Assembly (NCBI GenBank): GCA_965248575.1 | Contig: CBDFJQ010000002.1 | Span: 2,432,001-2,496,000, forward strand | DNA length: 64,000 nt | Reading direction: 5' to 3' | Origin: Planctomycetota bacterium | GTDB lineage: Bacteria > Planctomycetota > B15-G4 | Shown: positions 11,701 through 20,996 of the stretch, in pieces | Numbering within the stretch: the first letter of the stretch is position 1 | Layout: each line of letters starts with the position of its first letter | Notes under the pieces: generated by a model | What the model was told of the DNA's origin: nothing | The model's input: the letters and a program-made list of their open reading frames with translations, nothing else | The model's database searches: none | Translations under genes and position numbers: made by a program

Positions 11701-12369
11701 CTGCTCCAGGCTGACGCCATGGGCACGCATGGCGTCGGGGTCCACGTCGATCTGGTACTCGCGCACATAGCCGCCCACGGAGGCCACCTCGGCCACACCG
11801 TCGGCAGACAACAGGGCGAAGCGGACCTGCCAGTCCTGGATCGATCGCAACTCGTGGAGGTCCCAGCCACCCACGGGTTGGTCCTGCTCGTCGCGCCCTT
11901 CCAGCGTGTACCAGAACACCTGGCCCAGCGGCGTCGCATCCGGCCCCAGGCCGGGCGCTACACCCTCGGGAAGCAGACCAGGGGGCAGGCTGCTCAGCTT
12001 CTCCAGCACGCGCGAGCGTGACCAATAGAACTCCACGCCCTCATCGAAGATCACGTAGATCGATGAGAAGCCCACGTAGCTCGTGGAGCGCACGGTCTTC
12101 ACGCCAGGGATGCCCTGCAGGGCGACCGTCAACGGGTAGGTGACCTGGTCCTCGACATCTTGCGGAGATCGCCCCGGCCAAGATGTGAAGACGATCTGCT
12201 GGTTCTCACCGAGATCCGGAATCGCATCCACAGCGATGGGGTCCCGGGGCCAGCCGTCCACCTTCCAGGCGAAGGGGGAGTAGCGCAGCCCGAAGCCCAC
12301 CAGCACCAACGCCAGCAGGAACACCACCACTCGCTGAGCGAGGCAGAACCGGATCAGGCCGTTCAGCAC
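8707..12369 (-). CDS. cusA: CusA/CzcA family heavy-metal RND efflux permease
   Basis: DAIPDLGENQQIVFT, PGLGPDATPLGQV, GIAIAIGTMVD, FMPPLDEG, RVRPCLMT; probable GTG start 12369. Confidence 0.93.
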   Translation of the reverse strand: MLNGLIRFCLAQRVVVFLLALVLVGFGLRYSPFAWKVDGWPRDPIAVDAIPDLGENQQIVFTSWPGRSPQDVEDQVTYPLTVALQGIPGVKTVRSTSYVGFSSIYVIFDEGVEFYWSRSRVLEKLSSLPPGLLPEGVAPGLGPDATPLGQVFWYTLEGRDEQDQPVGGWDLHELRSIQDWQVRFALLSADGVAEVASVGGYVREYQIDVDPDAMRAHGVSLEQIVQAVRGSNREVGARVVEINRVEYLVRGIGWIENVADLENSVINASDGAPVRIGKVAHVSFGPAMRRGALDKGGEQAVGGVVVVRYGSNPLQAIQSLKEKIAEIAPGLPRRELDDGRVSQVTIVPFYDRTGLIEETLGTLGTAISEELLVTLLVVLVMVMRLRATLLIACLLPLAVLFCFVCMKLMGVEANIVALSGIAIAIGTMVDIGIVLTENILASIEREPDAPRLETIHRAATEVGSAVLTAVATTIVGFLPVFTMDGAEGKLFGPLAWTKTYALIGSVLVSILLIPPLALTFFSGARRQPSSGRRVGPQSTRPSALRRLVCFLAVAGVAWTLARYWEPLGVGAASLSNLAFVVVTSGGLLLMFALFRRSYEPILRWCLANKLTFLSIPFVVLLAGASAWLGFDKLFRPLPDLMDASGLEGDVLRQTDFWVGATEAMPGLGKEFMPPLDEGSWLFMPTTMPHASIGEALDVLSTLDKAIESVPEVALAVGKIGRAESPLDPAPISMVETVVQMQPEWRLGEDGQRGTYRWDEQAGEFARGEAGQPIFDEDGRPYRNWRPEIRDADDVWDAIVEATHLLGTTSAPRLQPIAARLVMLQSGMRAPMGVKVRGPDLETIEEVGIEIEAFLKEVPSLNPATILADRVVGKPYIEIDVDRAAAGRYGVSMSHVQDVIEVALGGRQVTTTIEGRERYPVRVRYQRERRDSIEAMGEVLVSTPSGATVSLSQLATIEYGRGPQAIKTEDTFLTSYVIFDKQPGAAEVDVVEAAREHLQGLLDRGEWILPAGVSYAFAGSYENQVRAAATLSFVLPLALLLIFLILYLQFRTISMSLMVFSGVFVAWAGGFLLVWLYGQDWFLDAVPFGVDLRDLFQVSPMQLSVAVWVGFLALFGIATDDGVVIGTYIRQSLKRNQPGTVEQVRTAIVEAGARRVRPCLMTTATTLLALLPVLTSSGRGSDVMIPMAIPSFGGMLLALLTMFLVPVLASWVEERRVRRAS

Positions 12370-12371
12370 GC

Positions 12372-14318
12372 TCAGGGCTTCCGCGGGAGGGCGCGGTCGA
12401 CGAGCCCGCAACGGAGCATGGAATCGCCGAAGTAGGGGTTCGCGATCTCACCGTTGGAACTCAGCCAGTTCGCCCCGGTGTCACGAAACGCCATGGGGCA
12501 GTGCACCACGTGGGGTGCGGCCACCGGGCCCGACCAGCCATAGCGGGTCATGGCGGTGATGGCTGCCTCGCTGACATCCCGCAGGGCCGATCGCAATTCG
12601 AGCACACCCTTGCGAAGGGAAAGCCGTTGGGAACCATCCGCCAGGGTGGCTGCCAGAGGCACCCAGAGCTGCAGCGCATCCTCGCTCAGGTCGCCCGCGG
12701 GAATGGAGGCCACAGCGAGCTCCAGTTCCTCACCAGCTGTGCGGGCGCGGGCCAGATCCCCTTCGGCCAGGGCCTCTGCAGCCTCGATCAGGGGCTCGAT
12801 CATGCGCCCGAGACCCGCCTTGAACTTGCCTGAGGTCTCGATCACGCCTGCGGGGATCCAGGCATCCACGGGCGGGTTCATCATGCTCGGGCGTGCGCGG
12901 ATCTCGAGTTCGCTGTCCAACTTGAACGCGCCATTGACGACCACGAGCTCCCCCGCCAACAGTCCACGCGTCACGATGTAGTGGCCGCCCGCTCTCGGGC
13001 CCAACAGCACCTCGCGCCCTTCATAGATCGGAGCACCGGCGCCTGGCCGCCGCACGTAGACGATCGAACGAGCCCCGGTCACCAAGGGCGCCGTGTCGGG
13101 AATCACCAGCGGCAAGTCGTCCGAGCTGGGCATGCGGAAGCCCAGCTCCGAGGTGGGCACAGCCTCCGTCCTGCAGATGGGACAAGGCGAGCGCCTCGGA
13201 AACACGCTCGAAGGGTGCGTGGGACACATGTAGCGCTTGGCCAGCTCCGGATCGACCAGCAGTCCCTCCTCGTCCATCTGTGCCCGCACCGTGGCATGCA
13301 CGAACATGTCCGGCTTCAGGCGCAAGTCGAAGTTGGGCAGGCTCACGCGCACCTTCACCGTGCGCATCCGGTTCATCAGGATCGAATCGATGAAACTGAT
13401 GCGGCCCACGAAGAAGTCATCGGGGTAGGCGTCGGCCACGATCTCCACCTGCTGCCCATAGTGCAGCCAAGACAGCTCGCTCTCGGGGGCGTTCAGCTCC
13501 ACCCACACGAAGCTGCGGTCCGCCAAGGTGTAGAGGCGCGTGCCAGCGTCGACCGAATCCCCTTGGCGCGCGGTCTTCTCCAGGACCTCGGCGGCCATGG
13601 GCGCAACGAGCGTGTGCCGCTCCAGGGGGCTGCCGCGCTCCACCAGTTCCGTGAGCTGCTCGGGCCTGAAACCCCAGACCAGGAGGTCTTGCCTGGCGGA
13701 GTCCAGCGCCTTGGCAGATTGAGCCCGCTCCTCCACCGTGGTCTCAGGGGGGAGCGCCTCGTGGTTGCCGACCGCCGTGAGGTACTCCTGCTGTACGTCG
13801 GACAGCTCCGGGCTGTAGAGATCCACGAGCGGGTCGCCGCGTTGAACCGCGATGCCGTCATAATCCACGTACATGCGCTCGATGCGCGAGGCTTTCCAGG
13901 CCGTGACGTATCGCAAGCGGGCATCGTCGAACACCACCTTGCCCACCATGCGTACGGGCCGCGTGACGGCGCGGCGCACCACCACCGCCGTACGGATGTC
14001 TGCCAGGGCGGCCGCGTGCTCGCTGACCCGAAGTGAGCGCGGGCCCAGTGCAGCATCCTCGGGGCTCTCCTCCTCAACAGGGATGAGCTCCATGCCGCAC
14101 ATGGGGCAGGGCACATTGTCCGGAAGCCGCACCTGGGGGTGCATGGAACACGTCCACTCGCTAGGAACATCAGCATCGGGACTGGCACCGGCGCCCCCTC
14201 CGTCCGGTGCGCAGGCAAAGCGCCCCAGCAAGAAACCGAGCACCAAGACCGCGAACACGCGAGGCCATCCAACAGTGCGGGAAGGGCTCGGTGGAGTTCG
14301 AGTCTCCGCCGACGTCAT
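12372..14318 (-). CDS. cusB: CusB-like RND periplasmic adaptor with metal-binding modules and a DUF3347-like C-terminus
   Basis: WTCSMHPQ...CPMCGMEL, YMCPTHP...CPIC, LKPDMFV, C-terminal HCPMAF...WL...NPYFGDSMLRCG; start set at ATG 14318. Confidence 0.88.
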   Translation of the reverse strand: MTSAETRTPPSPSRTVGWPRVFAVLVLGFLLGRFACAPDGGGAGASPDADVPSEWTCSMHPQVRLPDNVPCPMCGMELIPVEEESPEDAALGPRSLRVSEHAAALADIRTAVVVRRAVTRPVRMVGKVVFDDARLRYVTAWKASRIERMYVDYDGIAVQRGDPLVDLYSPELSDVQQEYLTAVGNHEALPPETTVEERAQSAKALDSARQDLLVWGFRPEQLTELVERGSPLERHTLVAPMAAEVLEKTARQGDSVDAGTRLYTLADRSFVWVELNAPESELSWLHYGQQVEIVADAYPDDFFVGRISFIDSILMNRMRTVKVRVSLPNFDLRLKPDMFVHATVRAQMDEEGLLVDPELAKRYMCPTHPSSVFPRRSPCPICRTEAVPTSELGFRMPSSDDLPLVIPDTAPLVTGARSIVYVRRPGAGAPIYEGREVLLGPRAGGHYIVTRGLLAGELVVVNGAFKLDSELEIRARPSMMNPPVDAWIPAGVIETSGKFKAGLGRMIEPLIEAAEALAEGDLARARTAGEELELAVASIPAGDLSEDALQLWVPLAATLADGSQRLSLRKGVLELRSALRDVSEAAITAMTRYGWSGPVAAPHVVHCPMAFRDTGANWLSSNGEIANPYFGDSMLRCGLVDRALPRKP

Positions 14319-14551
14319 CGGGCTGCTTCCAAGACGAACTCCGACACAAGCGACCAGGGGATCCCTGTTGCAATGGTTCCGGGGCCACAACTGCTGTGGC
14401 CGTGGCAGCTGGCAGCCCCCAGCTACGAATGGAAACTCTAGTCCCTCGAAGGACCGGTATCTAGCAGTTCCGAGCCTCGGAATGCCGCTCTGGAGCCCTG
14501 GCAATTCCCGCGCACAGGGCCCTCAAGGCCGTGCTGTTCCCGTGGCGGCCG

Positions 14552-16369
14552 TCAGGAGCTCTGAGCTCGTTCGAGCGCCTTGGCCGCCCCGTCCAATTGA
14601 CGCGAGCGCACCCGCGCTGCCTGGGCACCCGGCTCATCACCCAGCTCCCCACGCCAGTAGGCGAGGCGCTCGTAGAGCGGCGCGTAGAACTGCGCCAGCC
14701 GCCAGCTGCGCAGTGTGGGTGCCGGCTCGTCGGATCGCAGAGCCTCCAGTTCGGCAGGCGCTCGAGCCAGGAAATCCTCCAGAATCGAGACGGCCTCAGC
14801 CGCGTCTCCCTCCGCTTTCGCCTGCTCGACGTCTGCTTGCACGGCGAAGCTCCACGGCCCTGTGTAGTCTGCCTCCCGCAAGACGGACACATCCTCGGGC
14901 AGCGGTCGGGCCACGACACAGGCCAACAAGGCGCCACCCGCGAGGGCCAGGGCGGCGGGCTTCCATCGCCGGCGACCCAGCCAGCTCCAGAGCCGGACCG
15001 CACCGAAACCAGCGAAGGGCAACAAGGCGACTGCGAACAGGAGCCGATAGCGGCCCACGATGCCGAACACCACCAGAGGTGCCAGGCTCGTCAAGACCAA
15101 CCAGAGTGCCGGGCCACAGCGACGGCGACCGCAGCAGAGCAGGCCCAACACCGCCAGCGGAAGCACCCACACCATGTTGACCGCAGCAAGCCCCAGCACC
15201 GGTGCCTGCTCACGGAACACATAGAAGTTCACGTTGTTCGGGATCTCATACCAGTGGAAGGCGTGTGCGAGACGCGCAACCGCAAGCTCCCAGAACGCCG
15301 AGAAGCTCCCGAGGCTGGAGAGGGACGCCCGGACCACGGCCATGCCGTTGCCGGCGCTCGTCCCCAAGATCTCGGCCATGCCATGAGGGTTGGGCACGAA
15401 GCCTGAGAGACTCGCCTGGGCACCCGCCGAGTTGTTGAGCGCCATCATGTCCGGACCGAGGCTGGACAACCCCAGCAAGGGAGCCCCCACTGCCAGGTTT
15501 CGCATCACGACCGGGAGCAAGCAGGCAGCGAAGACGGCGCAGCTAAGCATGCCCTCCCGCCAGGCGCGACGGCGCAGGATCAGCGCAGCGAGGATCCCGA
15601 GAAAGAAGAGCACATAGGTTGTCTTCAGCAGGACAGCAAGGCCGCACGCCAGCCCGAACGCGGCCCACGAGCGCAGCGTCTCACGCCGGAACGCAACGTC
15701 TGCGCGATCCACCAACCACAAGCCCACAGCGACGAGGGGCGTGGCCCGCAACAGCACCAGGTCGTAAAGCAGCAAGGGCCCGTAGAGCACCGTCAGCAAG
15801 GCCGCCGCGTGGGCAGCTCGTGCCCCAAACGCACGCCCTGTGATGCGATGCACGAGCCAGACGCACACCACTCCCAAGATCATCTGCAACATCAGCATGC
15901 TGCCCACACCCCCACCCAGCACGTAGAACACACCCAGTGTGTAGGCGTAGAGTGGTTCCTGGTGGAACTGCTTGCCACCGAACCAGAAGTTCCAGAGCAG
16001 GTCTTCGGCCTTGGCTCCCTGCCCAGCAGCCGCCGCTTGCTCAGACCACAGGGCCCGCTCATCCGGATGCCAGGAGAACCACAGCCGGGCAATGGCGGTG
16101 CGCCAGCTGTGATGCGGGTGCAAGGCCTGATCGGTGAGCCAGTCGCCCGCTGCCAGCGACTGCCCCCACGTGTCGAAGAAGGCCATGTCGGACTCGGCCG
16201 ACAGGTGCTGACGCATTTCCGGAGCAGGCGAAAGTTGGCGGTGATAGGCCACCCGCAGGCCCACGGCCAGCAGCAGGATGCCCACCAGGATCAGAGCGCG
16301 GTGGCGGTGCCGACGTTGCGATGCCCGATGCGGCGACTCGGCAGGCGGGAAGGAGGGGGCAGCGGACAC
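14552..16369 (-). CDS. GT-C fold membrane glycosyltransferase (family 39/ArnT-like)
   Basis: Multiple TM helices, SDM acidic loop, FHQEPLYAY, EIPNNVN, RYRL; start uncertain. Confidence 0.8.
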   Translation of the reverse strand: MSAAPSFPPAESPHRASQRRHRHRALILVGILLLAVGLRVAYHRQLSPAPEMRQHLSAESDMAFFDTWGQSLAAGDWLTDQALHPHHSWRTAIARLWFSWHPDERALWSEQAAAAGQGAKAEDLLWNFWFGGKQFHQEPLYAYTLGVFYVLGGGVGSMLMLQMILGVVCVWLVHRITGRAFGARAAHAAALLTVLYGPLLLYDLVLLRATPLVAVGLWLVDRADVAFRRETLRSWAAFGLACGLAVLLKTTYVLFFLGILAALILRRRAWREGMLSCAVFAACLLPVVMRNLAVGAPLLGLSSLGPDMMALNNSAGAQASLSGFVPNPHGMAEILGTSAGNGMAVVRASLSSLGSFSAFWELAVARLAHAFHWYEIPNNVNFYVFREQAPVLGLAAVNMVWVLPLAVLGLLCCGRRRCGPALWLVLTSLAPLVVFGIVGRYRLLFAVALLPFAGFGAVRLWSWLGRRRWKPAALALAGGALLACVVARPLPEDVSVLREADYTGPWSFAVQADVEQAKAEGDAAEAVSILEDFLARAPAELEALRSDEPAPTLRSWRLAQFYAPLYERLAYWRGELGDEPGAQAARVRSRQLDGAAKALERAQSS

Positions 16370-16634
16370 GCGGGCTCTCGAGTAGATGCCCTCCTCATCG
16401 ACCAACTCGCCGCCCCTGCTGAAGAAGGGCTGAGAGGCCCCACGAGCCCCCGCAATCCAAGCCTTTTCGGGTTCTGATCGAGGCCAAGAAGAAAGGCACC
16501 GCAAGGGGCCAACGCCCGCCGAAGAGAAGCTGCCTCTTCAGGGCGGGATGGACCCATCACGGTGCCTGCTCAGACGGCCCCAACTTGCGGCCGCCCAGTC
16601 GCCACCCCTGTCGGGGCGGTCGTCGCGACGGACT

Positions 16635-17726
16635 TTAAGGAGTCGTTGCCTTCAGGGCATTGGACATCGTGATGAGTGCTGGGACCGAGGCATCGTCCAC
16701 GAAGAACTGGAAGAATGCATTGGTACCCATGGGTACGCCCGGGGGCCATGATGCCGCAGCACTGAAGTTTCCAGCCGCGTTCGAGAAGAAGAACAACTGG
16801 GAGCTGAAGGGGAACGCGTGCACCGTGCCGCCAAGCGCGGGGAACGGAGGGCCCGGGTTGAGGGCGATCCACACGAGCATGAGAGCGCTGGGTGCAGCAC
16901 CTGTCACGCCCACGGGGTTGAAGGTGCCCACGGTCAGCGGGCCGCTACCGGTCGCCACGACGGGGCCGTTGATGCCGCTCGTGCCTCCACCAAGGTCTTC
17001 CCAGGTTCCCGCATCCGTGGTGCATGCCCGGATCACCCAGTTGCCCGCATAGAAAGTGGGGCAGATGGGCTGGAAGGTTGCGAACCACCAATCGGCAGGA
17101 TCCACCCAACCGGTGTTGCGCTCATCGAGCAAGCTCTTGCCCGGATCACAGAAACCGGGGCCGTCGGTCAGGAAGTTCGCGTCCGAACCCACACCAGCTG
17201 ACGGGCAACCGGGGAAGGACACATTCGAGACCATGCGGAAGGCCACAACGAAGTTGTCTTCCACCACGATGTTGTATTGCGAGAGGTCGAAGGAGGACAC
17301 ACCCACGGAGGTCACATTGAACGAGGTGCCCGTGTCGACCATGAGATCAAAGATCTTGGGGGGCATGCTCACGGTGCTCGTGGGATTGAACCCCACCGTG
17401 CCCTGGTAGATTTCGATGTTCAGGATGGCCTGGAAGGTAGTGTTCATGTTGATGTGGCCGTACCCGATGCTCACCTGCTTCAGGTACTGCGGCGCCTGGC
17501 CGGGGGCCAGCTGGAAGTAACTTCCGGCGGCCTCGCCTGTGCACAGCGGCGTGATGACGGCGGAGCCCACGGGGACGCTGCCCACCGGCACATCGGCGAT
17601 GGTGTCGTGCTTCCAGAATGTGTCGTTCGACGGATCGGGACAAAGCTGGGCAGTCGCTGCAGATGCCATCAGGGCTGCGGATGCAGCGAGGCAAACCAGG
17701 CTTCGGGCGAGGTGGATGGTGCGCAT
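16635..17726 (-). CDS. Secreted beta-rich protein with conserved C-terminal SNALxxxTP domain
   Basis: Signal peptide (ATA-Q); last ~120 aa resemble the C-terminus of 56177-57745. Confidence 0.85.
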   Translation of the reverse strand: MRTIHLARSLVCLAASAALMASAATAQLCPDPSNDTFWKHDTIADVPVGSVPVGSAVITPLCTGEAAGSYFQLAPGQAPQYLKQVSIGYGHINMNTTFQAILNIEIYQGTVGFNPTSTVSMPPKIFDLMVDTGTSFNVTSVGVSSFDLSQYNIVVEDNFVVAFRMVSNVSFPGCPSAGVGSDANFLTDGPGFCDPGKSLLDERNTGWVDPADWWFATFQPICPTFYAGNWVIRACTTDAGTWEDLGGGTSGINGPVVATGSGPLTVGTFNPVGVTGAAPSALMLVWIALNPGPPFPALGGTVHAFPFSSQLFFFSNAAGNFSAAASWPPGVPMGTNAFFQFFVDDASVPALITMSNALKATTP

Positions 17727-17768
17727 TCGAGAAGGCTCCGCGAGAGGGTCCGGGGAGGAGACAAGACC

Positions 17769-17781
17769 GGGGGGGGGGGGG
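17769..17781. repeat. G13 homopolymer tract
   Basis: 13 consecutive G about 43 nt upstream of the 17726 start codon. Confidence 0.85.
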
Positions 17782-18126
17782 AATGAGTCAGGCTAACAGA
17801 GAGTTTCGAAACCGGCGGTGGACCGACGCAGCGGACAGCTGAAGAAATCATGACGTAGCTGTGAAGCGGCGGGAGTCTGGCCCGATGATCTCCCTCGGTG
17901 GTCGACTGAGCGATTCGGCGAGCCCAGCGAGCACCGGGGCGTTTAGGCCTCCGATCTTCACCAGCAACACGGTCGCCGGGAATTGCTGGTCCGGATGGAT
18001 TCTAGGGGCTTGAGTCGCCTCCCCCTTCCCCCCTCCCGCCCCAACGAGCGCGACCCGCAGCAACGGCGGCCGGCCGGAGCCGGGTGCCGTCACCGCGGGT
18101 CGCGGCCGTGTCGGTGCTGGCAGCGC

Positions 18127-18603
18127 CTACTTCACGCGCTTGTACTGACCACGTCCGACCTTCTTGAAGCGTGCATCCTTCGAAAGGGTGGTGGCCACCT
18201 GGATTCCGAACGTCTTGCTGACGGTCTTGTAGCCACTGGCCTTCACGACCCTCGCTGCATCCTTCGGGCTGGTGACCTTGCCCACCTTCACCACTTTGGC
18301 GATGGCGTCGGGGAGGGTCAGCTTGTTCTTGCGCCGACCACGGGGGGCACCCTTCTTGGCCTTGCCGGCCTTCGCAGCCACCTTGCGGGGTCTGCCAGGG
18401 CCGCGCTTCTTGGCCGTGGACTTGCGCGCAACCTTGCGGCCGGTCGCCCGCGCACCACTTCCACGAAGCCCAGCAATCTCCTTCTCCACAGCAGCCAGGT
18501 CGCTCAACAAGCCCTTGTGCTTGGCCTCGAGGTTCGAGAGCGCCTTCTGGCGACGGGAGAGTTCGCGCTCAAGATCAGCGATCGAGAGGTTCTTAACAGC
18601 CAT
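18127..18603 (-). CDS. Basic histone-like/nucleoid-associated protein (coiled coil, AT-hook, winged-helix-like C-terminus)
   Basis: 158 aa from ATG 18603, very K/R-rich, KRGPGRPRK AT-hook, C-terminal FKKVGRGQY. Confidence 0.8.
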   Translation of the reverse strand: MAVKNLSIADLERELSRRQKALSNLEAKHKGLLSDLAAVEKEIAGLRGSGARATGRKVARKSTAKKRGPGRPRKVAAKAGKAKKGAPRGRRKNKLTLPDAIAKVVKVGKVTSPKDAARVVKASGYKTVSKTFGIQVATTLSKDARFKKVGRGQYKRVK

Positions 18604-19570
18604 GTGTTGTGTCCTGAGTAGAGGAATTGAGGGGATCCGTATTGAAGGCACTTTCCGGTCCACGATCAATACATGATAGGGGAAGAAACTCCTACGTTCT
18701 CCTGCTCCTGGGTCAATTGACTGTCCGAGGTCATGTTTGCAGGCGAGAGGTTTGACATGACGATCTCGTTCAAGGAACAAACACACAGCGAACGCCGCCA
18801 TGAGTTGGTCCGAGGTCGTCCATACCGACCCTCCCGGAGGCGTCGGGGCCACTCACAAGAGCGTGGAGTCACCGACCACGATCGGCGAAACAACCAGTGC
18901 AGTGGCGCCACTCGCAAGAACAGCTCTGCGTCACGACGAGTTCCTAATAAGAATGGTGCTGTTAGAGTGTTCGTGAACGGGAACGAATTGGGTTTGACGA
19001 TCCGGTACGTCAACACGCGAGCGCCACTTTCATAATTCAGGCGGTTGTCGATGGCGCTTCGGCAGACATCCGCGAGTCGGTGTTGCGGGGAGAGCTGTTG
19101 GGCCTGCGCCTGCGAGGCGTCGAGACGTGACTCCAGTGCCCCCGTTCGAATTCCGGCGAGGTGCTGGAAACTTTGCGGGGAAAAGGTGCGGAAGCTTCCC
19201 CCCTTCCCAGATGGCCCGCATGCCGCAGGCTGCTTGGCCTTCGTGGTAGCCAATCCCTGGGTCGATCCGAGCCAGCTGGCACTGTTCCCGACCGAGTTCA
19301 CGTTCCAGCCCTAGCTGTACCCGGGCTGGTTGAACCAGATCCACTACACCGTCACCCGCTATGACGCGACGGGCTTGGCACGGTGGTCGACCCCACTCCA
19401 TAGGACCGGGCAGCGGTCACTGAATCGGCCGAAACATCTGGCGCCCGGAAGGGTTAGGGTCGAGCGGCACGGGGTTCAGCCCCGGCCCGACGGGCGGTCT
19501 CTTCCGCCGCCCGCCGAACCCACCGCCTTTGGCTATCAGAGGATTCCCTGGATGGTGTCACCCTGGATTC

Positions 19571-20986
19571 ATGACTGACGACGCCTGGACGTCCGAACGT
19601 GCGGCCCACCTCGCGCGACGAGCAGGCTTCGGAGCGAAGCCCGACGAACTGGCTAGCCTCGTCGACATGGGCCGCGACGCAGCCATCGAGTACTTTCTCG
19701 ACTTCCCCCAGGAGGACGAGGCACTCCAGGCAGACATCCAGGATATCGGCGGAAGGCTCTCGGACATCGAGTTCGGTGCCGAATGGGTCGGCCCCGAGAG
19801 CATCTACGAGATCGCCGACAGCGTCCGCAGCTGGTGGCTCTACCGCATGGTGCAGGGCAGGCACCCGCTTCGCGAGAAGCTCACGCTCCTCTGGCATGAC
19901 CACTTCGCCTGCCAGCAGAGCAAGATCATCCGCCTGGACCAGTATCTCTTCCAGAACAAGACCTACCGTCGCCACGCCGCAGGCTCCTTCCGTGACCTCC
20001 TGCGGGAGGTTGCAGAAGACCCGGGCATGCTCATGTACCTGGACAACCGGCTCAACGAGAAGGCCAACCCCAACGAGAACTGGGGCCGTGAGTTGCTCGA
20101 GCTATTCACCCTCGGCGTCGACAAGGGCTACGTGCAGAAGGATGTCTGGGAGCTCTCGCGCGTCTTCACGGGTTGGACGACTCCCGACATCAACTCCGCC
20201 GAGTTCGTGTTTGATGCGAACACCCACGACGAGACGGACAAGCAGGTGCTGGGCAGCACGATTCGCGGCCGTTCAGGGGCCGAAGGCGTCGAGGAGGGGC
20301 AAGAAGCCCTCGACCTCATCCTCGCCCGCCCGGAGTGCGCGCCCTTCATCGCCTCCAAGCTCTTGAGTTGGTTCGTCGCCCATGAGCCGCCGCACGAGCA
20401 GGTGCAGGCCTTCGGCAACATCCTGCGCACGAACGACTACTCCATTCGGGAGATGCTGCGCGCCCTCTTCCGTTCCGACTGGTTCTACGCCGAAGAGAAC
20501 CGGCTGACGGCCTTCAGGAATCCTGTCGATTTCGTGGTGTCCGCGGCGCGGCTGCTCGGCATCCAGAATGCGCACACCTTCGCATTCCACGAACACACCC
20601 GGCTGATGGGAATGAATCTCTTCGAACCTCCGTCAGTCGCTGGCTGGCAACACGGCGCCACCTGGGTCAACTCGGCCTCCACGGTGCACCGCTACAACTT
20701 CGCCCTGGAGCTCTCCAACCTCTCCCACAGCTCGCGCAGCGTCTCGGGGCGCACGGCGTTCGATCTCGACGAGCTCGGTGCCCACGACACGCACGAATCC
20801 CTGGTGGACGCGGTCGCCGAGCGCTTGCTCCAGCGTCCGCTCGCCCAGCGGGACGCCGTGGTGGCATGCCTCGACGAAACGGCTGGGCTGCTCTCCCCCG
20901 AGCTGTCGGAGCGCTCGCGCCGAAGAGCGCTGACGCGCACCACGATCCACCTGATGCTGACCACCCCGGAGTTCACGCTCGCCTGA
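19571..20986 (+). CDS. DUF1800 family protein
   Basis: AAHLARRAGFG, LREKLTLLWHDHF, MLMYLDN, PNENWGRELLELFTLG, PPSVAGW. Confidence 0.93.
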   Translation: MTDDAWTSERAAHLARRAGFGAKPDELASLVDMGRDAAIEYFLDFPQEDEALQADIQDIGGRLSDIEFGAEWVGPESIYEIADSVRSWWLYRMVQGRHPLREKLTLLWHDHFACQQSKIIRLDQYLFQNKTYRRHAAGSFRDLLREVAEDPGMLMYLDNRLNEKANPNENWGRELLELFTLGVDKGYVQKDVWELSRVFTGWTTPDINSAEFVFDANTHDETDKQVLGSTIRGRSGAEGVEEGQEALDLILARPECAPFIASKLLSWFVAHEPPHEQVQAFGNILRTNDYSIREMLRALFRSDWFYAEENRLTAFRNPVDFVVSAARLLGIQNAHTFAFHEHTRLMGMNLFEPPSVAGWQHGATWVNSASTVHRYNFALELSNLSHSSRSVSGRTAFDLDELGAHDTHESLVDAVAERLLQRPLAQRDAVVACLDETAGLLSPELSERSRRRALTRTTIHLMLTTPEFTLA

Positions 20987-20996
20987 GCCGAGACCC

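Noticed and set aside
19132..19178. GTTCGAATTCC resembling a tRNA T-loop (possible tRNA-Sec)
   Set aside because: No acceptor stem, D arm or anticodon arm could be built around it
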